64,000 bases of DNA. Source: Lama glama. Taxonomy: Eukaryota. The DNA lies in assembly GCA_028534125.1 (NCBI GenBank), contig CM052823.1, positions 124,001-188,000 of the forward strand. The letters run 5' to 3'. Shown here piece after piece: positions 59,119-64,000 of this stretch (position 1 is its first letter; each line of letters opens with the position of its first letter). The notes under the pieces are model-generated. The model saw nothing but the letters and a program-made list of their open reading frames with translations, did not search any database and was not told where the DNA came from. Both the position numbers and the translations under genes were made by a program.

Positions 59119-62100
59119 GAACCAAAGGCCCATCAACTGCTGAGCAAACTGTGGGACATCCGTCAGTGGGACCTGTTCAGCAAGCAAAAAGGATAAATCT
59201 TGAATGCACTATAGTTCCTGTGTGGTTCCACTTCTGGAACCTTCCACGAGAGGGAAATCTGAGGCCATGAGAACAGATTGGTGGTCGCAGGGAGCTGGGC
59301 GTGGGGGACATCTGGGGCACAGGGAAGCGTCCTGAGGATTTGTGGCAGCTACACAACTGTGCACACTTGTCCAAATCAAAGGACCATCATGTAAAAGGAT
59401 GCATAAAAAGTGTAGCTCGATAAACCTGACTTTACACTTGAAAACCCAAACACAGGCCACTCCCGTCAGTCACAGTGACCATGTTCCCCAAAGTCACCAC
59501 CGACGCTGAATCATGGAGAACCGAGCCTTCATACCAGAGAAACAAAGGGTCAGCGCCCCGCCAACTTCCGTCCACATTTTCACCCACTGATGAATACAGA
59601 ACCTTGCTGTACGTGTGGTTCTGTTTAAAAACACCATGTTTGGTACCCGGTGTTGGTTCCTGAGCAATGAACTTAGCGGATGCATCAGAACTCCAGGCAG
59701 CAGGAAGCCCCTCTGACTCATGTGTTTTCTCCGGGAGGCACATCCAGCCCCACCCCCAACCCCCCGTGCTCAGGGACCCCGGACAGCACCTCAGGGCTGT
59801 GCCAGGGCCACTTTCAACAGCGAAATCAACAAAAAGACAGAGCTGTGTTGGTGCAGTCCTAAACAGGCCGGCAGGCCAAGTGAGACCGGACCTCTTACTC
59901 TGCATGGCCACCTCCTGCACCTTCACTTGCTAACCTGGGCGCCCCTGCAAGCCCAGAGCCCGGGCCCTCTTCCCGTGGGCATCCTCCTCCTCGGTCCTCA
60001 CACCGGCGGCTCCATCTCTCCGGCAAGGCCTCCCACCCACACACCCCACTGGGCTGGGTGTGAAGGGACCCCAGGGGACCCCCAGAATACAGCAACAGCA
60101 CTGGGAAGGCAGCCAGGGCTGCCCATATCACTGTCCCCACAAAGGTCCAGGGACAGAGACCAGACCCTGCCTGGAGGGGAAATGGCCGATGACCACGGGG
60201 CCTGGCCTCCCTCAAGGGGCTGAAGTGCAGTAGGTGTCCCCCACACCCCTCTGGGCACAACTGCTGGATGCAGGGACCACAGAGAAGGCCTTGCAGGTGC
60301 CCACGCGGGTCCTGACACTGACCCTCACGGACAGGCCTGTGAGCTCACACTACTTCCACCAGAACACCCGCCAGGAGCACATCCACTGCAGCCACCGCAG
60401 CCACCCCAGCTCCCTCACTTGGGATGTGGCCACCCTCTCAGAGGTGCCCTCCTATGACACCCCCAATGCCTCAGAGGAGGCCTGCCCCTGCGGGGGCCCG
60501 AGGCACCCACTCTGCCTGATGTCCACAAACAGGCCCTGAGCAGCCCGGGTGGCCCCCCGAGCCCGGACCTGCAAAGGGAGCAGCCACCGGGCCTCCAGGG
60601 CTGGTGGGTGGGTCCCTGCTGGGCATGCTGCCCCAGAGCCTCATGGCTGCGGCCGGCAGCCCACATACCACACTCGTCCCCCACAGGAACCTGGGCCTTG
60701 ACCCTGAGGCCCTATGCCCAGCTGGGCTCCCCTCGCAGTAACACTCGTGGGGGCTGTGAGGGGCCAGCTGGGTGGAGGGCGTGGCACAGCCCTGAGGCAC
60801 CGGGCAGGGCCGGATTACAGGGCCGCTAAGGCGCTCAGACGTGATGCCTCACCACAGAAGCTCACAGAAGCTGCTAAGCGCTCTTAAGCAGGGAGAGGAG
60901 CAGATCCATCCTCAGAAGGATCAACTGGGAGGCTGATCAAGGACTGCATGGCCCGGGGCCAGGGAGGGGCGGGGAGGGGCCACAGGGCCCAGGAAAGTGA
61001 CCGGCAACCAGGGCCCTGGCGCTCCTGCGGGAAGGTGCAGCTCCAATCCACGTCCCACTGACGAGGACCAAAGAGGCCTCAAGAAACCTAGCGCCACGGG
61101 GGCCCCAGAAACACTGGAGGGCAGGACACGTTCAAGGCATCCCCCACAGCAGGGATGCGAGGGAAGGCGCACCAGGCTGAGGGCCCCAGCCACCAGGCGC
61201 CCCCCCCAGAACCACACTCTGACGTGGTAGCTGCAGCCACCCAGAGCCCTTCCCAGCCCAGAAGCCCGCAGCTGTGGAAGAGGCACCAGCACCCCCGTCT
61301 GTCCATCGCGGGGTCCTCACGAGCCCAGGAAGGCTGTGCCCCGTTGCCACTAGACACAGGCCACCTGCTCCCTGAAGACAGACGGGCGGGGGTGCAGGGG
61401 ATGGACAGAGACACGAGGGCCCAGGGCTGGACAGAACCCTGGGCAGAGGAACAGCACACTTTTTTAGAATATCAAATTCTTGCAAGAAGGCAGGCTGGGG
61501 TATCTCAGGGAGGCGCCTGGGCCCAGCCCTCTGGGTGGGCTCCCCCTGGGGAGGGGGAGCAACGAGACCTGCAGGACCCCACCCGAAGCCCAGGCGCGTG
61601 CACCCCAACGGCAGCAGAGGCAGCCAGGAGGAGGGGCCCTGCGGCAACCTCACCCGAGCTGCCCTTCCAGCCCCCGCACGTCCAGCATCCCAGTCCACCC
61701 ATCCAGATGCCCCGCTCTGAGCGGGCTGCCCAAGAAGGCCGCTGCAGACTACAGGGGTGCCTGGCTCCCCGAGGACCCGCAGACAGTCCAGAACAGCGCC
61801 GCCTGCCCCGAGGGGCTTCGGCACGAAGGACCTGTTCCTTTGGACCAGGTGCCCCAACAAACCTGAGCCACAGCTGTCTGTTTCTTCCCTAACCCAGACC
61901 TCAACGGCCAAGTCTTCTTCCCCAAGGAATGCGGAAGGCCAAAGAGGGCCCTGGCCCACCGGCCCCAGGCCTCCCCCCACAGGAGGGCCTGCCCGAGGGG
62001 CCCCATCCCCGGAGGAGGCTGGCGGGGGTGGGTGAGAGCCCTGCAGCCCCTCTCAGCCCCAAGCACATGGCTGGCGCCCCCGCCTGACCACGGGCCCCCA

Positions 62101-62244
62101 GCACCGTCCGCAGGGCCTTCGCAAGCTCGGAATTCTCACGCGTGTGGATGTGCTCCCCAGTCAGAAGCTTAAACTGAACACAACCAGCCCAAGGAGCGAC
62201 TGTGCCAACAGAACAGAACACAAACGACATCAACAGAACCAGCA

Positions 62245-62379
62245 GGGAGTGGAGGGCACAGCTCAGCGGTAGAGCCCGTGCTTGGGCTAGCATTCACGAG
62301 GTGCCGGTTCAATCCCCCGTCCCTCCTCTAAAAATAAAGAAATAAATCGAATTACCCCCCCCAAAATAAACTTTAAAAA
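62245..62379 (+). mobile_element. tRNA-derived SINE (camelid Vic-1 type)
   Basis: A-box-like cagctcagcggtagag, B-box GGTTCAATCCC, and tail aaaaataaagaaataaatcgaattacccccccc. Confidence 0.8.
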
Positions 62380-62962
62380 CCCACCGGAGACAGCAGGACA
62401 CCGGCGAGCTGCCGGAGGGCTGGGGGTGCTCCTGCTGCCTTTCTGAAGAGTATTTTAAAAAATCAAACTACCCAAAAGAATGGGTATTCCTTCTCACAAC
62501 GAAAGAGAGAAAAATGAGGAAAGCTGAGGGGAACTGGTTAGAGCCTGCCCGTGAATAAACACACCGCCCCAAACAGCACCCCAAACAGTAACCGTGCTGC
62601 CGGTGGTGGCTCCTGGGTGCTGGTTTTCGCTTCTGCCCTGAAACACGACAGACCTTCTTTGCATTAAATGCACAGAGAGAATTGCCCGCGGTGCCCTCAG
62701 CCCACGGCTGGTTCCAGAAGCCTGTCCGGGACCCCAGAGAAGCAGGGGTCGTGGACCCTGACCCCGCCACCCATATCGAGGCCTCGCCCGCCACTCTTGC
62801 AGATGCCGACAGAAGGCCTCTGTCCAGGCCAGGTCACTTCCCAGGGAAGAACCAGGCTCTGCCCCCCTCCCAGGCTGACCCACTCCGCCCAGCCGGTCAG
62901 CTGGCCCGAAGCTGCGGCCATGCCTTCGCCCCACCCAGACACCCTGGCGGGGCCTCAGAGCA

Positions 62963-63279
62963 GCCTGCCAGGTAGAACACAGGACACCCGGAGAACACTG
63001 CAGTCAGCTAACTACTTTCTAGTGTGAGTGTGTCCCATGCAATATTTGGGACAAACTTACGCTAAGAAACTGTTTACCTGAAATTCAAATTGAAGGGGTG
63101 TAAGCGAGAGGGTACTGCTCGGTAGCACGCATGCTTAACAGGCACGAAGTCCTAGGTTCAATCCGCGGTACCTCCTCTAAAAATAAGTAAATAAACCTAA
63201 TTACCTCCCCCCCCTAAACAACAACAACAACATAAATTTAATGGGTGTTTCCTTTTCCTCACTGGATCCAGCACCTCTA
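62963..63279. mobile_element. MER53-like palindromic MITE interrupted by a SINE
   Basis: Central gtgtgtcccatgcaatatttgggacaaacttac and ctgaaattcaaatt resemble MER53. Confidence 0.65.
63102..63233 (+). mobile_element. tRNA-derived SINE (camelid Vic-1 type) with target-site duplication
   Basis: gcatgcttaacaggcacgaagtcctaggttcaatccgcggtacctcctctaaaaataagtaaataaacctaattacctcccc. Flanks aaattgaaggggtgt (63087-63101) and aaatttaatgggtgt (63234-63248) match at 13/15. Confidence 0.85.
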
Positions 63280-64000
63280 GGAAAGGCTCTGTTCTTAGGG
63301 TCCCGAGCAGGGGAAACAGACGGCGGGGAGGGAGGCCTTTCCCAGACCCCGTGTCCGCAGTGCTCCCTGAGGCCAGGGCAGGCTGCCCAGACAGCGTCAG
63401 CCCCAGGCAGCAACCGGCTCGTGAGAGAGGGGTGCACCTTCCTCTGTGTGGGCCCTGAGAAATCCGACACCCCTCCCCAAGCGAGCAGCACCTCTGGACG
63501 GGACACCAACCCGTCAACACCTGGCCCACCAGGACCACTGGCCCTGCAGACCAGTGGGACAGTGCCTTGGGATTCCAGCCAAAAGCCAGGGGTAAATGGA
63601 GTCCCAGTGGGAGCAGCCCCCGCCACAGACCAGGCCTCTGGGACACCCCCACAGGGACATGCACACTTGTCCCCGGGAGGGGGCCCCACAGGGCACAGAT
63701 ATCCCTGTCCACATCGCGAGTAAACCGTGGCCAGGCCCCCGCCAAGTTCACAGCCAGACAGGAGGCTTGAAGCTCACATGTCAAACAGGGGTCCACAGCC
63801 TGGAAGGAGCGGGGACAGCCCCCTTGGAACCAGTGTCAACAAGCAGGCACAGTGGGGGCCCCAGCCCCCGCAGCAAGGACCAGCAGAAGTGTCTGCAGGG
63901 GACGAAGGTGCAGCAGCTGCCCCCTCCACCCCACACCTGCCTCCCTCCCACCGCCCCTTCCTCCAGGCTCAGTGCCTCCATCCAGGAGCTGGGTGCCTCC

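Larger units (their letters stand above)
55490..59445 (+). mobile_element. Old L1 (L1MB-like) ORF2/3' fragment interrupted by younger insertions
   Basis: L1 ORF2-like sequence (gtgcaaagacgtatatgctgaaaactacaaaacactgatga) at about 55680, resuming at about 57800 (ccataaagttaccataatcaggacagtgtg; cgggcaaaagacctgtgcagacactt). The 3' terminus tagctcgataaacctgactt is at about 59430. Confidence 0.75.

Noticed and set aside
62250-62330. tRNA gene
   Set aside because: The cloverleaf is degenerate, it has a SINE-type tail, and a second related copy with a TSD lies nearby, so it is a SINE.
1-64000. CRISPR arrays, operons, rRNA, snoRNA, TMEM121 or IGH segments, MTA1 exon 1
   Set aside because: None were seen. 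The DNA is eukaryotic, and the neighbouring genes and MTA1 exon 1 presumably lie outside the window.

Overview
GC-rich mammalian genomic DNA, most likely camelid (inferred from two Vic-1-type tRNA-derived SINEs). It is syntenic to the human 14q32.33 block next to the IGH locus. Four intron-containing genes lie head-to-tail on the minus strand: MTA1 (exons 2-21; exon 1 lies beyond the window and most of exon 14 falls in an N gap), CRIP2 (208 aa), CRIP1 (77 aa) and TEDC1 (419 aa). Every visible coding exon was placed by hand with GT-AG boundaries and consistent reading phase. The window also holds a full-length RPS27 processed pseudogene with 13-bp target-site duplications, several L1, MER and LTR remnants, a nested transposon stack in MTA1 intron 1 containing a decayed hAT-Charlie transposase, and two assembly gaps. 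Most long ORFs in the supplied track are artefacts of high GC content. I see no convincing wholly new biological system. The best leads are a 12-nt MTA1 microexon, a diverged duplicate of the TEDC1 promoter with asymmetric CpG decay, RFX X-boxes recurring across the cluster (including one in an orphan intergenic CpG-rich element), and a speculative decayed third CRIP-like module between CRIP2 and CRIP1. Gene and repeat-family names come from recalled sequences, not from database searches.
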